Sequence record: NC_041871.1
Source of the DNA: Escherichia phage Murica
Direction: 5' to 3' (one strand)
Length of the DNA: 64,000 nucleotides
Part shown: positions 8,192-16,676 of the stretch, one piece after another
Layout of the letters: every line of letters begins with the position of its first letter
How positions within the stretch are numbered: position 1 is the first letter of the stretch
Position numbers and translations under genes: made by a program
Notes under the pieces: generated by a model
What the model was told of the DNA's origin: nothing
Seen by the model: only the letters and a program-made list of their open reading frames with translations
Database searches by the model: none

Positions 8192-9323
8192 AGAATATCC
8201 ACTTATTGAATCTGTAGATTGTCTTGCTGATCTTCTCGAACCTGACGCTATAGTTTATTATGACTTCGACCAGGTTGCATATCAAGCTGCGGCAAGTTGT
8301 GAAAAAAGGACAATTGAGGTAACACACAAAGCCTCCGGACGTAAGAAGATGTTTAAAACACGAACAGAGTTCTGGGGTCGGCAGAAGAACACCGTTGGTG
8401 GTTGGTTAAAAGCTGAGAATACCAACCGTGAAGCCGCATGTAAAAAGTCTGGTAAGGAGTTTATTCCGTGGACACGTGAAGATTTTGATGTCTTGGATAT
8501 ACAAACACCTGACCCTGTAGAGAACTGCTTGCACACAATAAAATGTAAGGCAAATGCAGTTCTTAACTATCTTGGTATTCCGGAAGAGCGATGCGTCGGG
8601 GTGTTGGGAGGCACAGGTAACTTCAGACTAGATCTTCCAATGCCGGAAAGATACAAAGCCAACCGTAACAATACCCTTCGACCACTGCTGCTTGGAGATG
8701 CAAGACAGTATCTCCAAAAGCAGTATAATGCTCAAGTGATCAACGGTATCGAGGCTGACGACTGGTTAGCTATCCAGCAATTTGAAGGTTGGAACCACTA
8801 CCAAAAAACAGGTAAGTTCAACAAGTTTATTATCTCTATTGATAAGGACCAAAGAACACTACCGGGGCTTGTGTTCGATCCTATGCGAAACGATAAGGGA
8901 GATTTTGTAAGGGAAACCCCTATGCTGATCGATAACGGTATGGGGAACATCTTCATGAAGCCTAATGGAGAGGTTGGTGGTTACGGAATGCTGTTCTTCG
9001 GATACCAAATGCTGTGTGGTGACTCTGCTGACAATATCAAGCCGTATCAAGGACTTATCGGTAAAGGTAAGTTCGGGGATGCCTCAGCATTCTACCTGCT
9101 GTCTCAGTGCAGCACTCCAAAAGAGATGTGGGTGGCTATTATTGATCAGTACAAGAAGTGGTTCCCGAAAGGTGTTGTTAAGTATACTGACTTCAATGGT
9201 ATTGATCGTAGAATTTCCGTAGGTCAATGGATGAGTATAATTTTTGACTGTTTGTATATGAAGCGAACATTCAATGATCAAACAAAACTTGTTAACGTTC
9301 TTAGAAATGTTGGAGCAATTTGA
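8184..9323 (+). CDS. flap endonuclease / 5'-3' exonuclease (RNase H-like)
   Basis: Motifs NGIEADDWLA, IISIDKD, LCGDSADNIKPYQGLIGKGK typical of 5'-3' exonuclease/FEN proteins. Confidence 0.8.
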   Translation: MSREYPLIESVDCLADLLEPDAIVYYDFDQVAYQAAASCEKRTIEVTHKASGRKKMFKTRTEFWGRQKNTVGGWLKAENTNREAACKKSGKEFIPWTREDFDVLDIQTPDPVENCLHTIKCKANAVLNYLGIPEERCVGVLGGTGNFRLDLPMPERYKANRNNTLRPLLLGDARQYLQKQYNAQVINGIEADDWLAIQQFEGWNHYQKTGKFNKFIISIDKDQRTLPGLVFDPMRNDKGDFVRETPMLIDNGMGNIFMKPNGEVGGYGMLFFGYQMLCGDSADNIKPYQGLIGKGKFGDASAFYLLSQCSTPKEMWVAIIDQYKKWFPKGVVKYTDFNGIDRRISVGQWMSIIFDCLYMKRTFNDQTKLVNVLRNVGAI

Positions 9324-9646
9324 TGACTAAAAATTCTGTAGATAGTGCAATTATGGAAGCTGTTTTTGAGGATGATCATACAACAGGGACCATTAAAACA
9401 AAAAATACATTTATTGTTGCCACAGGTATGTGGCGGTTGTATGAAGATGACACTATTGCATACATCTTGTATACTGATGATTACGCAGATGATCGTGTAT
9501 GGTCTGCTGTGTTAAAAGAGGATTGTGAGCTGATTGAGGGCGAGCGGCTATGCATGTTTACCAGCGTGGAAACAGACGTTAAGCTTTGCTCTCTTGTGCT
9601 GTTCAAAGACAAAGCTTATTCCCCAGATGAAGAGGAAACAGTATGA
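9320..9646 (+). CDS. hypothetical protein
   Basis: 108-aa acidic ORF overlapping neighbours by 4 nt. Confidence 0.4.
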   Translation: MMTKNSVDSAIMEAVFEDDHTTGTIKTKNTFIVATGMWRLYEDDTIAYILYTDDYADDRVWSAVLKEDCELIEGERLCMFTSVETDVKLCSLVLFKDKAYSPDEEETV

Positions 9647-10272
9647 GAGAAAGACTGCTGTCTATAGATCAGTCTCTTACCCACACAGCCTGCGTTGTAT
9701 GGGACGATGGAAAGCCTGTTCATAAGGTTGTGTTACGAACTCAAAGCTCATCTGCAAAAGAAAAGAAACCAGGGACGGTTTCTTTTGCAACAGCTGCTGA
9801 GCGTATTGACTGGATCTGCAAACAGGTCAGATATTATATCCACACGCACGGAGTTGACACCGTGGTTATGGAAGGGCTTTCCTTTGGATCACGCGGGGAT
9901 GCCACACGTGAACTGGCCGGGTTGTTTTACGGTCTTGAAATTATGCTTTGGGATGCCTTAGCTGATTGTGCAAATGACGGCCTGTTTAAGGTCCACACAG
10001 TGACACCAACAACTGCCAAAAAGTTTGCTCGTAGTCATCTTCCTGAAGAACTTGCTTTTGAGGAGAAGAAAAAGCTTGACAAAAAGACAGGTAAAGAGCA
10101 TACTGTGAAGAAACCTGTTACAATGGATAAAAAGTTGATGGTTAAGGCCTGCGAAGTATCTGAACCTGGGTTCCTAGACGGGATCAATTTGGTACAAGGT
10201 AAGGCCGATCTCGCAGATGCTTATTGGATAGGCAGGGCTCATCTGGAGGGATTATCGCAAAGCGTAAAATAA
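9643..10272 (+). CDS. RuvC-like nuclease (putative Holliday junction resolvase)
   Basis: N-terminal LSIDQSLTHTA, central VVMEGLSFG and C-terminal ADLADAYWIGRAHL fit the RuvC fold pattern. Confidence 0.5.
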   Translation: MRERLLSIDQSLTHTACVVWDDGKPVHKVVLRTQSSSAKEKKPGTVSFATAAERIDWICKQVRYYIHTHGVDTVVMEGLSFGSRGDATRELAGLFYGLEIMLWDALADCANDGLFKVHTVTPTTAKKFARSHLPEELAFEEKKKLDKKTGKEHTVKKPVTMDKKLMVKACEVSEPGFLDGINLVQGKADLADAYWIGRAHLEGLSQSVK

Positions 10273-10829
10273 GAAAGAAAGCTGTCAAAGCCCCAGTTCA
10301 TAACGGGTGGTTAAAAGATTCTAAGGACATAGCCAACTTTCGAAAAGAATTGTCAGAGGAGCAGGATGGTCTTGATCCGATCTTGTGCGAGCCACTTCGT
10401 AAGCCTTGTTTAGATCATGATCATCTGACTGGTCGTTGCAGGGGTGTTTTGTCTCAATGCACTAATACCTTTGAGGGGTATGTGCTTAAATACTGGATGA
10501 AATACTGTAACGAGTATACAGATTGCAGTTTATCAGAGGCGTTGCGCCGGATGGCTGACTATTTGGAGAAAGACTACAGCGACTTCCCACTCCACAAAAA
10601 CTACAGAGATGATATGACAAAGTTCTTGAGGAGATGCTCTAAAGCTACGATTATTGCACGAGCAGAATCAGATCTCAATCTTGTCATTAATCCGGAGTGC
10701 ACCAAGCATGAGGCTATTGAGTTCTACATGCAGGAGTTTATAAAGAAAACTGAGGAGAGAGATTTCTATGGGGATGAAAAAGGTATTCAATCCTTGCGAC
10801 TCAGTCCTGATCAGGATGAAATACCGTAA
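10224..10829 (+). CDS. endonuclease VII-like nuclease
   Basis: CLDHDHLTGRCRGVLSQCTN matches the EndoVII core signature; true start uncertain (overlaps upstream ORF). Confidence 0.6.
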   Translation: MDRQGSSGGIIAKRKIRKKAVKAPVHNGWLKDSKDIANFRKELSEEQDGLDPILCEPLRKPCLDHDHLTGRCRGVLSQCTNTFEGYVLKYWMKYCNEYTDCSLSEALRRMADYLEKDYSDFPLHKNYRDDMTKFLRRCSKATIIARAESDLNLVINPECTKHEAIEFYMQEFIKKTEERDFYGDEKGIQSLRLSPDQDEIP

Positions 10830-10989
10830 CTGGAAAGGTGTTGTTGCAGATCGCTGCGTTACTGAGCCTAATTTATGGTTTGGCTCTACAGAGTATCATA
10901 AAGAAGAGCAGTGGTTGATGCGTGCCTTCGATGTAGACAAGGGCGAATATCGTGACTTCGCTTTAAAAGACATTCTTCAGTTTTACTAA
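10816..10989 (+). CDS. hypothetical protein
   Basis: 57-aa ORF from ATG 10816 overlapping the EndoVII stop. Confidence 0.3.
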   Translation: MKYRNWKGVVADRCVTEPNLWFGSTEYHKEEQWLMRAFDVDKGEYRDFALKDILQFY

Positions 10990-11001
10990 GGAATCTTAAC
11001 G

Positions 11002-11985
11002 ATGATGACAAAGTTAACTCTTGAGCAAATTTTAACACTAAAGCAACAGGGATACACTAATAGACAAATTGCTCGTGAATTTTTAGGCCGTGAGTCACGT
11101 GAGAGCTGGATCCGACTACAGCTTAAACGTGCACAAGATAATATGTCAGAGATTGTAGGAGAAGCAACGGAGCGCTTCCTTGAAGAGCACAAAGGTGCTA
11201 AAGTTTGGGTGTATGATACAGAGACATCCCCAACAAACGGCTGGTTCTTTGGGCACTATAAGACCAACATTCAAACCTGCGGTATTGAAGTTATGCCCTA
11301 TATGCTAACTTTCGCAGGTAAGTGGTTAGACAGCCCTAGTGTGGTTGACTGCGCTCTTCCAGATTACAAAATGTGGGATGAAGATATTCACAATGATCTC
11401 GAATTGATTCAGGATTTGTGGTATTATCTGGATAAATGCGATGTCGCAGTAGCCCACAATTCAGGTTTTGACTGCGGGTGGGCCAACCAACGATTTGCAT
11501 TTCACGGGTTGCCTCCAACAAGCCCTTACAAAGAGGTTGACACCCTTAAAATGATCAAGAAGGCATTCCGTTTGAATGCAAACACTTTGGAGTATGCATG
11601 CAAATACTTCCAACTGGCCCGACAGAAACTGATTGATCACACATTTGAAATGTGGATCAAGTGTGTCCATGGCGATCTTGAGGCATTTAAACAGATGCGA
11701 GAGTATAATGTTGGTGATATCCTGTCTCTGGAAGGACTGTATTTGCTGGCTCGCCCGTTTGCTAAGCAGCACCCAAACATGTCATTGTACTACCAAGACG
11801 AGGAGCCAAAGGTTCGTTGCCCACGCTGTGGTGGAGAACACTTTCACGAGGAAGAAGCTTTGGCATATACTCAGCTGAGTGCATTTAAAACATACCGCTG
11901 TGAAGGTTGTGGATCTGTTGTTCGTGACCGTAACAACATCCGTACCAGAGAAGAAATGAAAAACACCCTGATTCAGATAATCTAA
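11002..11985 (+). CDS. DEDD-family 3'-5' exonuclease with N-terminal HTH and C-terminal zinc ribbon
   Basis: HTH-like LTLKQQGYTNRQIAREF; exo motifs VYDTETSP and AHNSGFD; CPRCGG...CEGCG. Confidence 0.55.
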   Translation: MMTKLTLEQILTLKQQGYTNRQIAREFLGRESRESWIRLQLKRAQDNMSEIVGEATERFLEEHKGAKVWVYDTETSPTNGWFFGHYKTNIQTCGIEVMPYMLTFAGKWLDSPSVVDCALPDYKMWDEDIHNDLELIQDLWYYLDKCDVAVAHNSGFDCGWANQRFAFHGLPPTSPYKEVDTLKMIKKAFRLNANTLEYACKYFQLARQKLIDHTFEMWIKCVHGDLEAFKQMREYNVGDILSLEGLYLLARPFAKQHPNMSLYYQDEEPKVRCPRCGGEHFHEEEALAYTQLSAFKTYRCEGCGSVVRDRNNIRTREEMKNTLIQII

Positions 11986-11993
11986 CAATTATA

Positions 11994-12021
11994 GGGAGGC
12001 TTGCGCCTCCCTTTTCCTTTT
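11994..12021 (+). terminator. intrinsic terminator
   Basis: GGGAGGC-ttgc-GCCTCCC followed by TTTTCCTTTT, 9 nt after the exonuclease stop; lies inside the ORF-track extension of the next gene. Confidence 0.8.
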
Positions 12022-12030
12022 GGAGGCACT

Positions 12031-12849
12031 TTGAGCAAGAAAGAGTCCAACGACAAATATTACACAAACCCTAAGTATGCAGAATATCTTGTTGGTAAAG
12101 TAAAAGACAAGTATGGGAATTGTGCATACGTTGAGCCTTCTGCTGGAAGGGGTTCTTTTTCAAAACTATTTTCAGAGATACTGTCGTACGATCTAGTACC
12201 AGATCCTGAATTTGAAGGACCAACACAGTGCATTCAGGCAAACTTCTTGGAGGTGCATCCTAAGGCAGATGTCTTCATAGGTAACCCACCATTTGGCAAG
12301 AATTCATCTTTAGCTTGCAAATTCTTTAACCATTGTGCATCATTGCTAGAGCTTGGCGGGGCTATAGCCTTCATCTTGCCACGGACATTTGAAAAAATAT
12401 TTTTTGCAAACAAACTGGACATGTCTATGCACCTTGTCTACAGCGAAAGGTGCCCTAAGAACTCGTTTTTACTTAATGGCAAACCTTACGACGTGCCATG
12501 TGTTTTCCAAATTTGGGAGAAAAAGGCGTGCAATAGGGATCCTGTAGAGATTGGAGAGAATAAGTTATTTTCTTTTAGCACACCGGATGACTACGACTTC
12601 TGTGTAAGACGTGTTGGGTATAACGCTGGAAAAGTATTGGGTGATGATGATCCAAAATCTGAAGAATCTACGTATTTCATAAAATCTTTAGTTGACGGTG
12701 TTGACAGAGTGTTTGCTGAATGCTATTCTTCTTTTCAAGAAGAAGCAGGTAAGACTGCTGGAATGAAGAGTATAGGCAAGAAAGAACTACAATACATTTT
12801 GGAGACCTGGTATGATCAAAAGCATAGACTTGACAAAAGAACTTACTGA
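12031..12849 (+). CDS. N6-adenine DNA methyltransferase
   Basis: YYTNP, AdoMet motif VEPSAGRGSF, catalytic NPPF; no in-frame ATG before the motifs, so start assigned to TTG 12031 four nt after GGAGG. Confidence 0.75.
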   Translation: MSKKESNDKYYTNPKYAEYLVGKVKDKYGNCAYVEPSAGRGSFSKLFSEILSYDLVPDPEFEGPTQCIQANFLEVHPKADVFIGNPPFGKNSSLACKFFNHCASLLELGGAIAFILPRTFEKIFFANKLDMSMHLVYSERCPKNSFLLNGKPYDVPCVFQIWEKKACNRDPVEIGENKLFSFSTPDDYDFCVRRVGYNAGKVLGDDDPKSEESTYFIKSLVDGVDRVFAECYSSFQEEAGKTAGMKSIGKKELQYILETWYDQKHRLDKRTY

Positions 12850-13270
12850 TGCAAAAGCTTTTGGTGAGACAGCGGTACAAAGAGGCCAGGCGATGGGACT
12901 GGCACTACCTTTCGTCTTAAAAGAGCACTTTACAGATTTTCAACTTATCAAAGGTGATAAGGGAATGCTTATCCTGGAGCATAAGTTGAGTAAGAAACGC
13001 TACAAAGTTGTTTTTAATTCTAAAGCCCCAACAAAACTTGGATTCAGAACTTACAATCTCAACCCATCCTATACTAAGGGTGTTGGAAGGGTAGAACAAC
13101 AGCATTTCAGCGCTAGAGCTTCTTTAGCTCCTTTGATGCTAAATTTCTCAGGGGTGGCTTTAGGATACCTTGATAAGAAAAGAGTTCTTCATGTCCGTTT
13201 CACAGACTTTGTAACGCTTTTAGCTAACAACGAAGTTGATGAAAAGGGACGTGTAAAAACAAACTTCTAA
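12812..13270 (+). CDS. hypothetical protein
   Basis: 152-aa ORF overlapping the methyltransferase 3' end. Confidence 0.4.
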   Translation: MIKSIDLTKELTDAKAFGETAVQRGQAMGLALPFVLKEHFTDFQLIKGDKGMLILEHKLSKKRYKVVFNSKAPTKLGFRTYNLNPSYTKGVGRVEQQHFSARASLAPLMLNFSGVALGYLDKKRVLHVRFTDFVTLLANNEVDEKGRVKTNF

Positions 13271-13285
13271 TAACGCATAGTATGA

Positions 13286-13489
13286 TTGGAGACTACAATG
13301 ACACTAAAGTTAACAATTCCAGACAGCTTTTCAGAAAACTTTATCCCAGAAATGATGGGTAAGATGCGATCATTGCTTGATCAGATTGAGGAAGCTGTTT
13401 GGGAAGACGATGCTGTAGTGGCTAACGAGCTAGTAGATAAGTGTAAAAGTATTATTGATGCAGTTGAAGAATACCACGGAGGTTTTTGA
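13286..13489 (+). CDS. hypothetical protein
   Basis: 67-aa acidic ORF. Confidence 0.3.
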   Translation: METTMTLKLTIPDSFSENFIPEMMGKMRSLLDQIEEAVWEDDAVVANELVDKCKSIIDAVEEYHGGF

Positions 13490-14103
13490 TGGATATTATT
13501 GTTCTTAACGCCCCACCCAGCAGTGGTAAGGATCACATTGCAGATCTCTTGTTGGAAGCTATTCCTAACTCACACCACCGTGAGGTTAAGGAGATGCTCT
13601 TCAGTGTGGCAATTAAGGCAGCTGGTGTAACTCCTCAACTCTGGAATGCACTTTATGACCGCCACTACAAAGAAGATCCTTGCCCTTTCTTAATGATAGA
13701 CGGCAAGCATGTTTCTCCGCGAGAGTGGATGATCCATTGTAGTGAAAATCTGATTAAACCTATCTTTGGTGAAGATGCTTTCGGTAAGGCCGCAGTCACA
13801 TCCTTGAAGAAAGATTTCCCTAAAGGTAAAGGGGTTGTTGTTTACTCCGATGGTGGATTCAAAGAGGAGCTGGCATGCCTTAGTGAGTACGCATACAGCA
13901 CAGGTGGAGATCTGTTGTTGTTCCGTATTCACCGTGTAGGATATGACTGGGGAAATGATTCCAGAACCTATCTAAGTCTGGAAAAGAACGGAATAAAAGG
14001 GGTTGAGTTTGATGTTGTAAACCCTGAAGGTGCACCTTGGGAGTGTGCATCGGAGATTGTGTGCAAGTATATTGATGCTAAAGAGGCCCAAGAAGAATGT
14101 TAA
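13486..14103 (+). CDS. deoxynucleoside monophosphate kinase-like P-loop protein
   Basis: N-terminal IIVLNAPPSSGKDHIADLL resembles the T4 gp1 dNMP kinase P-loop as recalled. Confidence 0.55.
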   Translation: MMDIIVLNAPPSSGKDHIADLLLEAIPNSHHREVKEMLFSVAIKAAGVTPQLWNALYDRHYKEDPCPFLMIDGKHVSPREWMIHCSENLIKPIFGEDAFGKAAVTSLKKDFPKGKGVVVYSDGGFKEELACLSEYAYSTGGDLLLFRIHRVGYDWGNDSRTYLSLEKNGIKGVEFDVVNPEGAPWECASEIVCKYIDAKEAQEEC

Positions 14104-14690
14104 TCGGAATTGATGTAGATCTGACACTGGTAGATTCAGGAACAGCATGGTGGGAGTGGTTGGAGCGTTTGTATGGTCCAGCCAGTAAGACAGTAGCTAA
14201 ACCTTCTAATGGGCTAATGTATTACGATCTGTCAAAGTATTGGCCTGATCGTCCCAAAGAAAACATCATAGGACCTTTTGATTTCTGGAGTGATCCGTTC
14301 CTCTACGACTTCCTTAAGCCTGAAGAGGGGGCTATTGAGGTTATGAAAGATTTGGTGGCTCGTGGTCACAAGCTTGCATTTATCTCGGTATGCAAGAAAG
14401 GTCACCTTGCATCTAAATCAAGGTTCTTAAAGCGTTGGACCAGTGATTTTATGGATCTGGACGATCACACCCAAGGCCACGGCTTCTACGCCACACATTT
14501 CAAAGGGAATGTGGCTGTAGATGTTATAATTGACGACAGGCATGAATACCTGAACCAATTCGCTTCACGACCTGAAGTTATTAAAATCCTAAAAGATACA
14601 CCTTATGAGCAATTCGAGGAGTTAAAGGTCAGTGTTGACTATACCGCTAATAGCTGGTATAAAATAGGAAAATTTTTAGAAGGTATTTGA
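14097..14690 (+). CDS. HAD-superfamily phosphatase (5'(3')-deoxyribonucleotidase-like)
   Basis: Motif I IGIDVDLTLVD (DxDxT) at the N-terminus and a VIIDD acidic motif. Confidence 0.6.
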   Translation: MLIGIDVDLTLVDSGTAWWEWLERLYGPASKTVAKPSNGLMYYDLSKYWPDRPKENIIGPFDFWSDPFLYDFLKPEEGAIEVMKDLVARGHKLAFISVCKKGHLASKSRFLKRWTSDFMDLDDHTQGHGFYATHFKGNVAVDVIIDDRHEYLNQFASRPEVIKILKDTPYEQFEELKVSVDYTANSWYKIGKFLEGI

Positions 14691-14691
14691 A

Positions 14692-14892
14692 ATGGGCAGA
14701 TGTTCTAAAGGTGGCGATCCTGTAGTCAGATACGGTGACTGGCTAGAGGTGTATGATCTAGGAGGTAAGCTAGTGTATGCCTCCAGGATCACCCAAGACA
14801 TGTGCTCCGATATGTTCAACAGATACCTTGCATTTAAGGCCAACATAAACCCAGACGAAATTTCCAAAATTAAAACAAGGAGAGCTAAATAA
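14692..14892 (+). CDS. hypothetical protein
   Basis: 66-aa ORF. Confidence 0.35.
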   Translation: MGRCSKGGDPVVRYGDWLEVYDLGGKLVYASRITQDMCSDMFNRYLAFKANINPDEISKIKTRRAK

Positions 14893-15875
14893 TGCTAAAA
14901 CTGTGCACTGCAAAGATCATTGCTGACAGCATTTCCGAGAAAGGTAAGCGCATCACCACTTTTGAGCTAGAGTATCCTCGAATTATTCACTCAGAGCTTA
15001 TGACGCACCGAGTGTTCAGCCGAAACGCCATGTCTTCCCGTGCAGTGCCTGTCGGAAAGATGCTGCAACAGATTGTGGAGAATCCGGCAATGCCAGTTCG
15101 CTTCGGTGTAAATAAGCGAGGAATGGAAGATGGTGGGGAACACGATCAAAAGATCCGTGTAGAGTACACTGATATGGAGCTAACTCCGGAAGAGTTTTGG
15201 AAAGAAGCTGCAAAAAACGCCGCTTGGCATGCAGAGAAGTTTGCCCTTGCTGGTTACCATAAGCAAGTATGTAACCGCTTAGTGGAGCCTTTTCAGCGCA
15301 TGAAAACAGTTGTAACAAGCACCGAGTGGAATAATTTTTTCCACCTCCGTTGCTGGCACGATGCGGATCCTACGATTCAGATGTTAGCTAATTGTATGTG
15401 GGAGGCTCTTGTGAATAGCACTCCTGAAATCCTTAAACCGGGTCAATGGCACACTCCATATGTAGAGCACGTTTATTTGGACGGGGAGTTTAACTACGCT
15501 GTACGTGACACAGAAGGAAAGCTCTGCATTCTCGATACTAAAGAAGCTCTGTCTATCAGTGCTAGTTGCTGTGCACAAGTATCTTATCGAAATATTGACA
15601 GCACGTTTGAAAAGGCAGACAGTGTGGCTAAAAAATTGATTGGTGGGGATCGTATTCATGCAAGCCCTTACGAGCACCAGGCAACACCTATGGATCACGA
15701 TAACGCAATGGAACGTTTAAACTACTACCTGTCTTCATGTGAAATCACACAAGACATCAGTACTTGGCAGGAAGGTGTAACCCATCAAGACCGTGATGGT
15801 AAATTCTGGTCTGCCAACTTTTGTGGGTGGGTTCAGCACAGACAACTGCTTAATAACCACTTCGTGAAAGGTTAA
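14892..15875 (+). CDS. ThyX-like flavin-dependent thymidylate synthase homolog
   Basis: THRVFSRNAMSSR fits the ThyX RHR-x7-S signature with Thr at the first Arg; 327 aa is long for ThyX. Confidence 0.5.
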   Translation: MLKLCTAKIIADSISEKGKRITTFELEYPRIIHSELMTHRVFSRNAMSSRAVPVGKMLQQIVENPAMPVRFGVNKRGMEDGGEHDQKIRVEYTDMELTPEEFWKEAAKNAAWHAEKFALAGYHKQVCNRLVEPFQRMKTVVTSTEWNNFFHLRCWHDADPTIQMLANCMWEALVNSTPEILKPGQWHTPYVEHVYLDGEFNYAVRDTEGKLCILDTKEALSISASCCAQVSYRNIDSTFEKADSVAKKLIGGDRIHASPYEHQATPMDHDNAMERLNYYLSSCEITQDISTWQEGVTHQDRDGKFWSANFCGWVQHRQLLNNHFVKG

Positions 15876-15876
15876 T

Positions 15877-15905
15877 CCTATCACAGCGATAGGTAACTTT
15901 TGTGT
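15877..15905 (+). terminator. intrinsic terminator
   Basis: CCTATC-acagc-GATAGG followed by TAACTTTTGTGTT. Confidence 0.65.
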
Positions 15906-15933
15906 TGACTAATAGTATTAGATAATCTATAAT
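15905..15933 (+). promoter_or_regulatory. sigma70-type promoter TTGACT-17-TATAAT
   Basis: Near-perfect consensus; followed by leader hairpin GGCTCAC-N7-GTGAGCC (15937-15957) and GGAGA RBS. Confidence 0.7.
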
Positions 15934-15973
15934 AATGGCTCACTTTGTTGGTGAGCCAGAAATGGAGACAGAT

Positions 15974-16435
15974 ATGAGTAATGTTATGATTCCTAAAAAG
16001 ACATTTATTTCAGTTACTTTGGATTTCCTATCTACCGTTCCCGGGTTTAACGTTCGCACACGAAACGGTCTCCGAGCTGCACTCTTTGCCGTAGGGTTTG
16101 ATTTAAAAAGTATTGATGTTCTTCGTGGAAAAAACGTTCGATGCAAAAATAAGCCAACACATTATCGAAAGGCAGATGTATTTGCTGGTGTCATGCGTGC
16201 AGACTTTAGATACCCGCAAATGTATAACGGTGTAGATATTTTAGATGTGGATAAAGCACCTGGTGAGGCAATGCTTGTTCAAGATCTTCCGTATGATATT
16301 CCTGTAGAGGATCGTGTTAATGTAAGAAAGTATACAAAACAATCTGAAAAGGCTGAAGATATTCATATTGTTGATGAACCTTTCAATTTTGAAGATCTGC
16401 ATCGCCTGGAAAAATTATTCGGTATTGAAAGCTAA
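15974..16435 (+). CDS. hypothetical protein
   Basis: ORF-track start 15935 lies 2 nt after the -10; start moved to ATG 15974 after GGAGA. Confidence 0.45.
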   Translation: MSNVMIPKKTFISVTLDFLSTVPGFNVRTRNGLRAALFAVGFDLKSIDVLRGKNVRCKNKPTHYRKADVFAGVMRADFRYPQMYNGVDILDVDKAPGEAMLVQDLPYDIPVEDRVNVRKYTKQSEKAEDIHIVDEPFNFEDLHRLEKLFGIES

Positions 16436-16445
16436 GGTGGTGAAG

Positions 16446-16676
16446 ATGAGTCATAACTCCAAGTGGAAGGATCTTGGTTTTGCAAGTCGGTCAGAGTATG
16501 TTGGTTGGCTTTGGTTCAACGGCCTGACAAACGATATTAAAATGTATGATGATGTTTATTATGACGAGTATACAGGCAAAATTATAAATATCTCTGTAGA
16601 AGAGGATACCTTTATCCAGCAAGATACTGATACCTGCCTTGATAAATACGTTGATGAAGTGGAGGAAGCAAATTGA
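16446..16676 (+). CDS. hypothetical protein
   Basis: 76-aa ORF from ATG 16446 preceded by AAGGTGG; overlaps the nrdA start. Confidence 0.4.
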   Translation: MSHNSKWKDLGFASRSEYVGWLWFNGLTNDIKMYDDVYYDEYTGKIINISVEEDTFIQQDTDTCLDKYVDEVEEAN

